From contig MGGJ01000001.1 in assembly GCA_001792345.1 (NCBI GenBank), forward strand, positions 358,688 to 414,559: 55,872 nt of DNA, read 5' to 3'. The notes under the pieces were generated by a model. The model ran no database searches, was not told the DNA's origin, and saw nothing but the letters and a program-made list of their open reading frames with translations. The position numbers and the translations under genes were made by a program. This DNA is from Candidatus Woesebacteria bacterium RIFCSPHIGHO2_01_FULL_39_32 (GTDB lineage: Bacteria; Patescibacteriota; Microgenomatia; UBA8517). This document shows, one piece after another, positions 42,077 to 49,880 of the stretch. Position 1 is the stretch's first letter. Every line of letters begins with the position of its first letter.

Positions 42077-42892
42077 GTGAGAAACATATTAGCTAATCAA
42101 AAAGTACGAATGCTTTTAGCATTAACATTTCTTTCTTTAATAGCCATCGCTTCCTTCTCTAATCCTTTAGAAGCACTTGCAAGATTAATTTTAATTCTTG
42201 CAGTTACATTAACTAGTGAATATGCTCTTAGCTTCTATCGAAAAGCTATCACTGGTAAGCCTATTTCCGCAATAATTACGGCAGAAGTTTTATTTTTAAT
42301 TTCCAATCCAGATTCTTCAATTTTCCAAATATTTCTAGCTATTGTTATTGCCGTTACTATAAACCATTATCTTAAACCATTAGGCAGACATATTTTTAAC
42401 CCCGCAGCTGCGGGGCTTTTTATTGCTAGTTTTTTCGGCTTAAAGTTAACATGGTGGGGGCTTTTACCCGGAGTTATTTTCTCGACACTAACAATTTTGC
42501 TAGCAGGGTCTGTGACTATATACACACTTCGACAGGAAAAAATTATTGCTCCCTTTATAGCAACAGTCCTAGGGATGACTCTTTTCGTGACGAGAAATGC
42601 ATATCTAACATTTACTCAATTTTTAATTGGAGGGTTTTGGTTTTTTTCTTTAGTAATGCTACCTGAAGAAACTTCCTCACCAATTTTCTCGAAGAATAAG
42701 GTTCTTTATGGTATAACGGTCGCGATCTTTTCGTTTATGATTCCGAAAGTCGGACTAACAACAGAGCCGCTTCTAACGTCTTTATTGATTGGTAATTTCT
42801 TATTTTGGTATCTAGAAGCTAAAAGGTCAATGAAAGAGAAAAAACTTGCGGCTAAGCTCCCTTTAGCATCTAAGTTACTGCCTTCTGAATAA
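42077..42892 (+). CDS. Polytopic membrane protein, possibly NqrB/RnfD-like
   Basis: About 8 TM helices. The GRHIFNPAAAGLFIA motif resembles the FNPA motif of the NQR2/RnfD/RnfE family. GTG start. Confidence 0.35.
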   Translation: MRNILANQKVRMLLALTFLSLIAIASFSNPLEALARLILILAVTLTSEYALSFYRKAITGKPISAIITAEVLFLISNPDSSIFQIFLAIVIAVTINHYLKPLGRHIFNPAAAGLFIASFFGLKLTWWGLLPGVIFSTLTILLAGSVTIYTLRQEKIIAPFIATVLGMTLFVTRNAYLTFTQFLIGGFWFFSLVMLPEETSSPIFSKNKVLYGITVAIFSFMIPKVGLTTEPLLTSLLIGNFLFWYLEAKRSMKEKKLAAKLPLASKLLPSE

Positions 42893-42940
42893 TACTTGGT
42901 TCAAAAGTTATTTTTTGGTAAAATAGACTTTGTATTTATT

Positions 42941-43088
42941 CAAAATTGCTTTGCAATTTTGAAAGGAGCAACCGACAAGTGGTCGAAGTTACGAGCTAAG
43001 CGGGTAACGAAAGAGACCACGTCGCGTTGCGACGTGGTGGCTGTAGGAAAACAGTAGTTTTCGTAGCATCCACCTGCACTTTCGTTAT
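42941..43088 (+). ncRNA. Candidate structured RNA / processed leader upstream of tRNA-His
   Basis: A TGGTAAAAT extended -10-like element lies at 42917-42925. Perfect hairpins are at 42941-42961 and 43016-43038. A competing helix pairs GTGGTC 42979-84 with GACCAC 43015-20. No ORF is present. Confidence 0.3.
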
Positions 43089-43166
43089 GGTGGCTGTAGC
43101 TCAGTTGGTTAGAGCGCGAGCTTGTGGAGCTTGAGGTCGGGGGTTCGAGACCCCTCAGCCACCCCA
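43089..43166 (+). tRNA. tRNA-His (GTG) with encoded G-1 and CCA
   Basis: Hand-folded cloverleaf. G-1 pairs with C73, the anticodon loop is TTGTGGA, the T-loop is GGTTCGAGACC, and the 3' end is CCACC-CCA. Confidence 0.9.
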
Positions 43167-43247
43167 AGTTTTTAGCCTCGAATAAATATATCAAACTATC
43201 ATTACCCACTACCGAATTCGAACCTTTGGTATAATCATTCCATAAAC

Positions 43248-43811
43248 GTGACTACTAATCTGCACGCCATTGCTGCACTTCAAGAGATCCATGTTCGTAA
43301 TGATGTAAAACTACGTCCACTTCGCAGCACTGACGCTGAACGTTTACTAGAAATACTGGCTGCTGATAACTCCATTCGTGATAAGGTAACAGTCGCTTCG
43401 CTCTTTCATACACCTGAAGATGTAACAACTGAAGTTAAGCGTTACCACGAAGATTTTGGTCTTATTCGTTATACTCTTCTTAAAAAGAACAATCCTATTG
43501 GGCTCGTATCTTTGTGGAGAGATGAAGGTTATTTTGGTACACCACCGCAACCTGACGACTATGGATTTGGCTATTTACTCGATCCTAAAGAACGAGGCAA
43601 GGGGCTAGTCACAAGTGCTGTACAAAGTCTTATGGATACTACTGCTAAAAGTCTTCATGTTAATCAATTCGTGGCATTTTGTGATGACAAAAATACCGAA
43701 AGTATCGCTGTTCTAACAAAACTAGGTTTTAAACCAACCAATGAAACCTTTCCTGAACCATTACACGGATGGATTGAGAGAAAATATGTAAAACCCAAAC
43801 AACAGCGTTAG
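43248..43811 (+). CDS. GNAT family N-acetyltransferase (RimJ/RimL-like)
   Basis: LRPLRSTDAERLLEIL in the N-terminus and a GKGLVTSAV acetyl-CoA loop. GTG start. Confidence 0.7.
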   Translation: MTTNLHAIAALQEIHVRNDVKLRPLRSTDAERLLEILAADNSIRDKVTVASLFHTPEDVTTEVKRYHEDFGLIRYTLLKKNNPIGLVSLWRDEGYFGTPPQPDDYGFGYLLDPKERGKGLVTSAVQSLMDTTAKSLHVNQFVAFCDDKNTESIAVLTKLGFKPTNETFPEPLHGWIERKYVKPKQQR

Positions 43812-43937
43812 TTATAAACTTGCAAAGGCTGTGTAACAAAATACTAGCTGTTGGGGAGAAAGAATACTATAATAAGTCCGAACATCGTTCGATAGACTAC
43901 CCAGAAAATTGTAGGAGTTTCGTTTCTTTAAAAAATC

Positions 43938-44453
43938 TTATTTCTCAGGCACCAATATTTTAAACCTTTTTCTGTTTTGACAAATCAAGTCATATTCTTG
44001 TCTAGCAGTCAAACGATCATTTTTAAAATTATTATCTGTAATGTTAGTATCCGGACCAATTGGTAATGCTTTATCAACAAAATCCAAAAAAGGGGTAGCT
44101 TCTTCTTCTACTAGGCCATCATTTGTTACCAAAAATGATGTTATCTGTGCACTCTGATAACGTACAAAATCCGAACCAAAGATGGTTGCAGCAAGACTGA
44201 GTATACTTTTTGCTTTTAACGGTTCGTTTAGTGCAGATAAACAATCATACGAAGCTCCAACTATCAATTTTAGACTTACGTCTTTATCATATTCAATGCC
44301 TAAGTTTTGATTTCTTATAACTTCAACATCTATTATATGCTGAACAATAGTTAGGGGATCTGATTCAACAATAAATGCAATCTCGCCTGCTTCCCTAAAG
44401 AAAGAGGGGGGTCTTATTTTAGCTGATTGTAGCTTGACAGCCTCGACAAACAT
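43938..44453 (-). CDS. Hypothetical protein (171 aa, no recognisable motif)
   Basis: Clean ORF with a TATAAT-like element 13 nt upstream of the ATG. Cytoplasmic composition. Confidence 0.45.
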   Translation of the reverse strand: MFVEAVKLQSAKIRPPSFFREAGEIAFIVESDPLTIVQHIIDVEVIRNQNLGIEYDKDVSLKLIVGASYDCLSALNEPLKAKSILSLAATIFGSDFVRYQSAQITSFLVTNDGLVEEEATPFLDFVDKALPIGPDTNITDNNFKNDRLTARQEYDLICQNRKRFKILVPEK

Positions 44454-44552
44454 ACTAAACGCATATTATAAAATATTTTTAGATTTTTATATGATAATTT
44501 TAATATTTAATATTTGACAAACGCCGTTAAATTATCACACAATGTATATAAC

Positions 44553-45449
44553 ATGGTAGCGAAGAATAAATCTACAAAACCCAAAATTAGAGTTGAGGAA
44601 ATAGAAGAACCTGAGGTTGAAGAAGAAGTGACCGAGGAACCGGAAGAAAAAGTAGAGGTAAAAGCTCCTGAGAAATCAGTATTAGATGAAACTTCAAAAT
44701 CATTAGAAGAAGAAAATCCACCAGCTGACGCAGATGTGAAAAGAAGTATTTTAGAACCTCCAAAAGTTAGTACTTTCAGTCAACTTGATACTCCACCACC
44801 ACCTTCTGGCGAAGAAAAAGCGGTAACTGAACCGGAAAAAATTTGGGAAGAAGAAAATAAAGAGTCAGATAAGGAAACACCAAGTAAAGGTAAGCCTGAA
44901 ACTTCTTCTGAAGAAGTTAAAGAATGGTTAAAAGAGGTTCGACCCGACACTACCAAAGAAGTAGAGAAAGGTAATGGTCCCAACGCCAAAGTAGTAGTGT
45001 TGATTGTAGTAATTCTTTTAATTTTGGGAGCAATCGTCGGAGGCTTTTTCTATTACAGACAATCTGTATCTGAACCTATACAGGAACCCGTACCCACGCC
45101 ATCCGTACCGACCGTTTCTCCAACTGCACTTCCAATAAAAGTCGATCTTAAAACACTTAGTGTTAATGTATTAAACGGTTCGGGCATAACAGGTGAAGCT
45201 GGTAGAGTGAAAGCCTTGTTAACAAAAGAGGAAGGGTTTGCTGCAGACAAAGTTACAACGGGAAATGATACTTCGTCCGATCATAAAGAAACCTCTGTCC
45301 AGCTAAAGAAGGACACATCCGAAACCGTCTTTGAAAGCATAAAAGAAATGCTCGGTGAAACCTACGATGTTATTAAATCCGAAGAAGCACTCGAAGAAGA
45401 CTCCAAATACGACGTTGTCATCACAGTCGGAGCTAAGAAATCTTCTTAA
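44553..45449 (+). CDS. Membrane-anchored LytR_C (LytR/CpsA/Psr C-terminal) domain protein with acidic low-complexity N-terminus
   Basis: Has a Glu/Pro/Lys-rich region and a TM helix VVVLIVVILLILGAIVGGFFYY, followed by LSVNVLNGSGITGEAGRVKALL. ATG at 44553 is preferred over the tracked TTG at 44514. Confidence 0.6.
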   Translation: MVAKNKSTKPKIRVEEIEEPEVEEEVTEEPEEKVEVKAPEKSVLDETSKSLEEENPPADADVKRSILEPPKVSTFSQLDTPPPPSGEEKAVTEPEKIWEEENKESDKETPSKGKPETSSEEVKEWLKEVRPDTTKEVEKGNGPNAKVVVLIVVILLILGAIVGGFFYYRQSVSEPIQEPVPTPSVPTVSPTALPIKVDLKTLSVNVLNGSGITGEAGRVKALLTKEEGFAADKVTTGNDTSSDHKETSVQLKKDTSETVFESIKEMLGETYDVIKSEEALEEDSKYDVVITVGAKKSS

Positions 45450-45574
45450 TCTCCTCGAAGCGGGGTAATCAAAGCTTGCCCCTTATTTAAAATGTTCAGA
45501 CCGGGATAGGGGAATCGACAATTTTGTAATCAAAATTGGTTATTCTCCCCTCTTCTTAAGTATGCGCTTATTTG

Positions 45575-45645
45575 AGCGGGCAGGGGGAATCGAACCCCCA
45601 TTCTCAGCTTGGAAAGCTGATGTTGGGCCATTCAACTATGCCCGC
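45575..45645 (-). tRNA. tRNA-Gly (TCC)
   Basis: Hand fold: acceptor GCGGGCA/TGCCCGC, anticodon stem TCAGC/GCTGA with loop TTTCCAA, 4-nt variable loop, T-arm GGGGG-TTCGATT-CCCCC, discriminator T. Confidence 0.85.
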
Positions 45646-45658
45646 ATTTCGAGATGTG

Positions 45659-45730
45659 TCGGGGACCAGGGAATTGAACCCTGTGCCTCTCGGTCCCAAA
45701 CCGAGCGTTCTACCGGCGAACTCGTCCCCG
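45659..45730 (-). tRNA. tRNA-Pro (TGG)
   Basis: Hand fold: acceptor CGGGGAC/GTCCCCG, anticodon loop TTTGGGA, T-arm CAGGG-TTCAATT-CCCTG. Confidence 0.9.
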
Positions 45731-45737
45731 ATTACAG

Positions 45738-45823
45738 TGCCGAAGGCGGGAGTCGAACCCGCACGTCACATACGTGACAAGGGCTCTTAAGGCCCTCGCG
45801 TCTGCCAATTCCGCCACCTCGGC
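45738..45823 (-). tRNA. tRNA-Leu (TAA), type II
   Basis: Hand fold: acceptor GCCGAGG/CTTCGGC, anticodon loop CTTAAGA, long variable arm TGTCACGTATGTGACGT. Confidence 0.9.
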
Positions 45824-45994
45824 GTACCTGTATATTATATTATTTATTAACAATGGCTTCAATGAAGAATATATTTTCTTCATATAAATTGCTGTAAGGT
45901 TTCAAGACTAAGCATATAAGTTAGTTTTGATACAATCCTTATTACTAATTGACAACTATAAGATTAGCAGATAAGCTGAATTTCCAGGAGTCGA

Positions 45995-47275
45995 ATGAAA
46001 CACGAGGCCCTGGAAAATTTTCCCCCTGGATGGGGAGAAAGACTATCCAATAGATATAATAGTGATTTCTTTAAATTCGCCGAACGAATTTGGAACGAAC
46101 CCAATTTACCCGAAAAGGTTACATCTATACCTTTTATATACGATTACAGGATTTTAGATCCGCTGCGTACAGCAACTTACTTACAATTTAGGAATAGACG
46201 ACAAAATGACGACGCAATGAGAACAAATGGATTGGAACTACGTATAAATTTAGCTAATTTTCCTAAAGATATCCCGCCCCCTAGAATAATTCTAATAGAC
46301 ACCCCAGAATCAAGAGCGATGCAAACAGGTAGATGGAAGGTTTTCCCTAATGGGCAAATATTTTTCTGCCCCCCACGCTTGGATCTGGGTATTCCTGCGC
46401 AACATGATATTAGAGAATTAACTACTCAATTAGCACAAACTCAATGTTTCTTAAGGACAATTGAAGATCTAGGTGATATAGAATCGGAAATGGTTATAGT
46501 CGATTTAGTTAGAGATCCTAGAATCGAACTTCAAGACGCAATATATTCTCTTTACGGAAAAACTGTCCCCAGAACCCAAGTCGACGTTCACCACGTCAAT
46601 GATGATTCACTTGATAACCCATTCAAACGTTATCCGGCGGATATAAACGATCTCAAAATGGAGGGGGTTAATCCGACCTGTTGTAAGGTAATAATAGACT
46701 GTGACCCTAGTGCTTCTGGAATGCAGATGGAAAAAGCCGATGAAAAACTTCTCGAAGTAATTAGACGACAAAATGGAGGCGTAAATAATATTTCTAAGGT
46801 AGTATTTTTTTCCCCCATATCTACACTTGAAGCAGTCTCTATTAATGCTTTAAGTCTAGCTGAAGATGGAATTGCCTTGACTGTTTTTTCATCAATAAGC
46901 ATAAATCATGCGACCAAACCGCTCATGTACTGGTGTCCTCCTTTTTATAACCAGGATCATCTGATTACAGATCCGAAGGTGTTGAGAATAACTGAAGCGA
47001 TATATGGCGATTTAGCATATGTTCTAGATCCTTGGTGTAACTGGGCTGCTAAAAGATTATCTCCCGCGCAAGCACTCAAAGATTCTGAAAAATTCGAGTT
47101 ATCAGAACATGGCCTAAAAAACGAAGATATTCTAAATAATGCCTTATCTATTACGCCTGAAAGAATGATCAACGAATTTAATCTCGATCCGAGAGACTTT
47201 GTCAGCTTTGCAACTATTGAAGAAGCTTCGCTATTCGGCCGACTTGAAGAATTAAATAGGATTATTAATTCCTGA
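45995..47275 (+). CDS. Orphan 426-aa protein; possible type-I phosphoribosyltransferase-like C-terminal half
   Basis: Long clean ORF lying between two tRNA groups. KVIIDCDPSASG resembles the PRPP-binding loop of UPRT (LLLDPMLATGGS). Beyond that I recognise nothing. Confidence 0.5.
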   Translation: MKHEALENFPPGWGERLSNRYNSDFFKFAERIWNEPNLPEKVTSIPFIYDYRILDPLRTATYLQFRNRRQNDDAMRTNGLELRINLANFPKDIPPPRIILIDTPESRAMQTGRWKVFPNGQIFFCPPRLDLGIPAQHDIRELTTQLAQTQCFLRTIEDLGDIESEMVIVDLVRDPRIELQDAIYSLYGKTVPRTQVDVHHVNDDSLDNPFKRYPADINDLKMEGVNPTCCKVIIDCDPSASGMQMEKADEKLLEVIRRQNGGVNNISKVVFFSPISTLEAVSINALSLAEDGIALTVFSSISINHATKPLMYWCPPFYNQDHLITDPKVLRITEAIYGDLAYVLDPWCNWAAKRLSPAQALKDSEKFELSEHGLKNEDILNNALSITPERMINEFNLDPRDFVSFATIEEASLFGRLEELNRIINS

Positions 47276-47303
47276 TAAACTAACATGTAATCCTTCCTCG
47301 AAA

Positions 47304-47350
47304 AATTAGCTCTGTGCCTCTGGAGTGAATAGAACCCAATCCCTTGTATG
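47304..47350 (-). repeat. Decayed duplicate of the tRNA-Arg(TCG) 3' half plus trailer
   Basis: AATTAGCTCTGTGC at 47304-47317 is identical to 47357-47370. The next 20 nt match the tRNA T-arm region at 15 of 20 positions (CTCTGGAGTGAATAGAACCC versus GCCTGGGGGGAATCGAACCC). Confidence 0.6.
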
Positions 47351-47367
47351 TTCAATAATTAGCTCTG

Positions 47368-47439
47368 TGCGCCTGGGGGGAATCGAACCCTCATTCCCTG
47401 TTCCGAAGACAGGTGCTCTATCCGTTGAGCTACAGGCGC
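47368..47439 (-). tRNA. tRNA-Arg (TCG)
   Basis: Hand fold: acceptor GCGCCTG/CAGGCGC, anticodon loop CTTCGGA, T-loop TTCGATT. There is one A-C mismatch in the T stem. Confidence 0.85.
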
Positions 47440-47490
47440 ATAATTCAGCAAACCTAAGAAATTATATAATTTTTTAGATATAATTTCAGC

Positions 47491-48567
47491 ATGAGTACGA
47501 TTGAAGAACAAATAGAAGCTATTGAAAAAGAGATCAGAGAAACTCCTTATCACAAAGCCACAGAGCACCATGTCGGAAAATTAAGAGCCAGACTTTCTAA
47601 ACTTAGGGATAAAATACAAGAGTCTTCAAATAGAAAAGGTGGTGGGGGAGGAGGATATGCAGTCAAAAAACAAGGCGACGCAACAGTTATTCTAATCGGC
47701 CCTCCTTCTGCGGGTAAATCCACTCTAATTAATAAATTAACAAACGCTCAAAGTAGAGTTGCTCCCTATTCATTCACCACCGTTAGCGTGATCCCGGGAA
47801 TGATGGTATACAAAAATGCACGAATTCAGATACTTGATGTCCCGGGACTTATCGAAGGAGCAGAGGAAGGGAAGGGGAGAGGGCGAGAAGTTCTATCTGT
47901 CGCCCGAGGAGCCGATTTAATTATTTTGATGACAGATGTCGAAAGATACGAAGCTATAGAAAGAATTAAAAAAGCACTCGAAAGAAACGGAATCCGTCTC
48001 GATATTGTGCGACCAAATGTGATTATAAACAAAAAAGTATCAGGTGGAATAATTCTTCACTCGAACATCAAGCAAGATCTGGACAAAGAAACAATTAAAA
48101 GTGTCATTATGGAACTAGGAATTAAAAATGCTGAGATAACGATAAATGAAAAATTGTCATTGGATCGATTAATTGATGCTTTTTCACCCAATCGTGTTTA
48201 CGTACCTTCAATTTCATTGATCAACAAAATCGATCAGATTGAGAAATTAGCCATAGACAATCAGCCATTAACCATTAAAATTAGTGCAGAAAAAAACATA
48301 GGCCTTGTGGTATTAAAAGAAAAAATTTGGGAAACACTCAAATTTGTTAATGTTTATCTGGTTCATCCCAATGAACAACCGACTTTTGATAATCCTATTG
48401 TGATGAAAAAAGGACAAACGCTTTTAGATGTAACTCAAGAAATCGGAACAGAATTTTCGGAAGGGAAAACTCACGCCAAAATTTGGGGAACAGGTGCAAA
48501 GTTTTCAGGCCAAGAGGTATCTTTATCCACCGAAGTCCAAGAGGGCATGCAAGTCAGATTTATCTAA
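47491..48567 (+). CDS. DRG-family (developmentally regulated GTP-binding protein-like) Obg-type GTPase with C-terminal TGS domain
   Basis: DRG-type N-terminal helix (ETPYHKATEHHVGKLRARLSKLR), a Gly-rich loop, G1 GPPSAGKST, G3 DVPGLIEGA, and a TGS-like C-terminus. Confidence 0.85.
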   Translation: MSTIEEQIEAIEKEIRETPYHKATEHHVGKLRARLSKLRDKIQESSNRKGGGGGGYAVKKQGDATVILIGPPSAGKSTLINKLTNAQSRVAPYSFTTVSVIPGMMVYKNARIQILDVPGLIEGAEEGKGRGREVLSVARGADLIILMTDVERYEAIERIKKALERNGIRLDIVRPNVIINKKVSGGIILHSNIKQDLDKETIKSVIMELGIKNAEITINEKLSLDRLIDAFSPNRVYVPSISLINKIDQIEKLAIDNQPLTIKISAEKNIGLVVLKEKIWETLKFVNVYLVHPNEQPTFDNPIVMKKGQTLLDVTQEIGTEFSEGKTHAKIWGTGAKFSGQEVSLSTEVQEGMQVRFI

Positions 48568-48581
48568 TTATTCTTATTACT

Positions 48582-48616
48582 TAACACCGGGTGTTGATTA
48601 GCTTCCAACATCGGGT
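48582..48616 (+). repeat. REP-like palindrome TAACACCGGGTGTT overlapping the RAYT-associated hairpin motif (copy 2)
   Basis: AACACC-G-GGTGTT is a palindrome at 48583-48595. The hairpin ACCGGGTGTTG-ATTAGCTTC-CAACATCGGGT spans 48586-48616, 13 nt before the RAYT copy 2 ATG. Confidence 0.6.
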
Positions 48617-48629
48617 ATAAACTGTATTG

Positions 48630-49301
48630 ATGCCACTTCGCAACCAGGTTTTAGCTACAAATGAAGTTTATCATGTTGTTAATCGAGGAGTTGCTTCTCT
48701 TCCAATATTTAGAAGTCTTAAAGATTATAAAAGGTTCCTTGATTTAGTAAATTTTTATCGATTTACAGATGTTAAACTCAGCTTTTCAGCTTTTCTAGAT
48801 TTGAACCTGGGCCTACGGAGTGGTTATTTAGTTAAACTTAATAGAGAATCAAAACAAACACTCCAGATATATGCCTATTCCTTAATGCCAAATCATTTCC
48901 ATTTTTTAGTTAAGCAACTTGAAGATGGGGGGATTAAGTCAACTTTCGCACGAATCCAAAACGCTTATGCAAAATATTTTAATTTAAAAAACAAAAGATC
49001 AGGACCCCTTTTTCAATCACGCTTTAAAGCTAAATGGATTGAAAAAGATGAAATTTTATTACATGTATCTAGATATATTCATTTAAATCCATGTACGTCT
49101 TATATAGTTGAGCCGCTAGAACTAAGCAATTACATATGGTCATCTTATCCTGAATATTTAGGATTACGAAAGCCAATTTTTGCTAATCTAGATCTGATAT
49201 TAAAAATCGCAGGGGGAATCGATAACTATAAAAAATTTGTCTTAAATCAGGTAGATTACCAAAGAGAGCTTGGAAAAATAAAGCATCTAGTTCTCGACTA
49301 A
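48630..49301 (+). CDS. RAYT / IS200-like Y1 (HUH) transposase family protein, copy 2
   Basis: YHVVNRGVASLPIF, the HUH motif MPNHFHFLV and SRYIHLNP. The C-terminal YQRELGKIKHLVLD parallels copy 1. It is flanked by inverted TAACACCSGGTGTT palindromes. Confidence 0.8.
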   Translation: MPLRNQVLATNEVYHVVNRGVASLPIFRSLKDYKRFLDLVNFYRFTDVKLSFSAFLDLNLGLRSGYLVKLNRESKQTLQIYAYSLMPNHFHFLVKQLEDGGIKSTFARIQNAYAKYFNLKNKRSGPLFQSRFKAKWIEKDEILLHVSRYIHLNPCTSYIVEPLELSNYIWSSYPEYLGLRKPIFANLDLILKIAGGIDNYKKFVLNQVDYQRELGKIKHLVLD

Positions 49302-49323
49302 ACACCCATTGTTTGAACGTACC

Positions 49324-49338
49324 TAACACCCGGTGTTA
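49324..49338 (+). repeat. REP-like palindrome TAACACCCGGTGTTA (inverted copy of 48582-48595)
   Basis: Contains the exact reverse complement of TAACACCGGGTGTT, 23 nt downstream of the RAYT copy 2 stop. Confidence 0.6.
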
Positions 49339-49350
49339 TTTTCCCTCTAG

Positions 49351-49404
49351 TTAAGTCCATGACTTCTCTTTGTTATCTAAATTTTTAGCAACAATTTCTA
49401 CCAT
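49351..49404 (-). pseudogene. 17-codon remnant ORF (MVEIVAKNLDNKEKSWT) behind a complete promoter module; probably a truncated gene
   Basis: The ATG lies exactly 6 nt after a TGATATACT -10, the same geometry as the two intact neighbours. The reading frame ends 13 nt before the REP-like palindrome at 49324-49338. Confidence 0.3.
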
Positions 49405-49462
49405 AATTGAAGTATATCAGGTTCAAAGGAGATTAGTTGACGAAGCACTCACTTAATTAGTC
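49405..49462 (-). promoter_or_regulatory. Promoter/junction module C (TGATATACT -10, 6 nt, ATG)
   Basis: The minus strand reads GACTAATTAAGTGAGTGCTTCGTCAACTAATCTCCTTTGAACCTGATATACTTCAATT-ATG. It aligns with modules A and B. Confidence 0.5.
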
Positions 49463-49880
49463 TTTTACTAAAGTAACCTAGTGAAGAACCCTCTGGAAAA
49501 TCATCCAGCTTACCATACAACTTGTACCCTAACTTTTTGTAAAACTCCGGAGCTTGCCACGGAAAAGTATTCGTATACGCGATGGTACAACCTCTTTTTA
49601 TTGCTTCTTCCTCAACAGCCTGCATCAGCTTTCGTCCCCACCCTCGTTTTCTTATCGACTCATCAACCCAAAGTGAATTTATTTCCATACCATTCCAAAG
49701 AAAAGTAACAATAACCGTCCCTAAGACCTTTTTGTTTTCATCCTTCAAGAGTATAGAATAGGTCTCTGATTTTCTCGGATGTCCGCTTTTTGCATGATGA
49801 GAAAGTAAACCCTCCACCATAACTTTTTTATCTTCGGGATTCGGTTCGCCCTCACTCGCCACCAGTCTTAGATTGTTCAT
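49449..49880 (-). CDS. GNAT family N-acetyltransferase
   Basis: WVDESIRKRGWGRKLMQAVEEEAIKRGC is an acetyl-CoA binding motif (R/Q-x-x-G-x-G/A). 143 aa. Confidence 0.8.
   Translation of the reverse strand: MNNLRLVASEGEPNPEDKKVMVEGLLSHHAKSGHPRKSETYSILLKDENKKVLGTVIVTFLWNGMEINSLWVDESIRKRGWGRKLMQAVEEEAIKRGCTIAYTNTFPWQAPEFYKKLGYKLYGKLDDFPEGSSLGYFSKRLIK

Noticed and set aside
42941-43088. Whether the structured segment upstream of tRNA-His is a known riboswitch, T-box, SRP RNA, 6S RNA, tmRNA or a reduced RNase P RNA.
   Set aside because: I could not find any of the diagnostic consensus strings: GGAAGCAGCC of SRP, the T-box AGGGUGGNACCGCG, the TPP CUGAGA, the tmRNA tRNA-Ala-like ends, or the RNase P GGAAAGUCCGGGC. 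At about 150 nt the segment is too short for RNase P. It remains unclassified rather than assigned.
42940-43209. 89-aa minus-strand ORF in the track.
   Set aside because: It overlaps tRNA-His and the structured leader, and its peptide is a read-through of the tRNA complement. The same applies to the other tracked ORFs that are antisense or sense read-throughs of tRNA genes: 45562-45777, 45572-45790, 47359-47571, 51411-51593, 53521-53763, and the first 99 nt of 51863-52489.
43167-47367. Whether the segment between tRNA-His and tRNA-Arg is a prophage or integrative island.
   Set aside because: There is no integrase, recombinase, or phage structural or replication gene. The content is GNAT, a LytR_C protein, three tRNAs and two orphans. 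Only the tRNA-Arg 3'-half scar hints at past integration, and I reported that separately.
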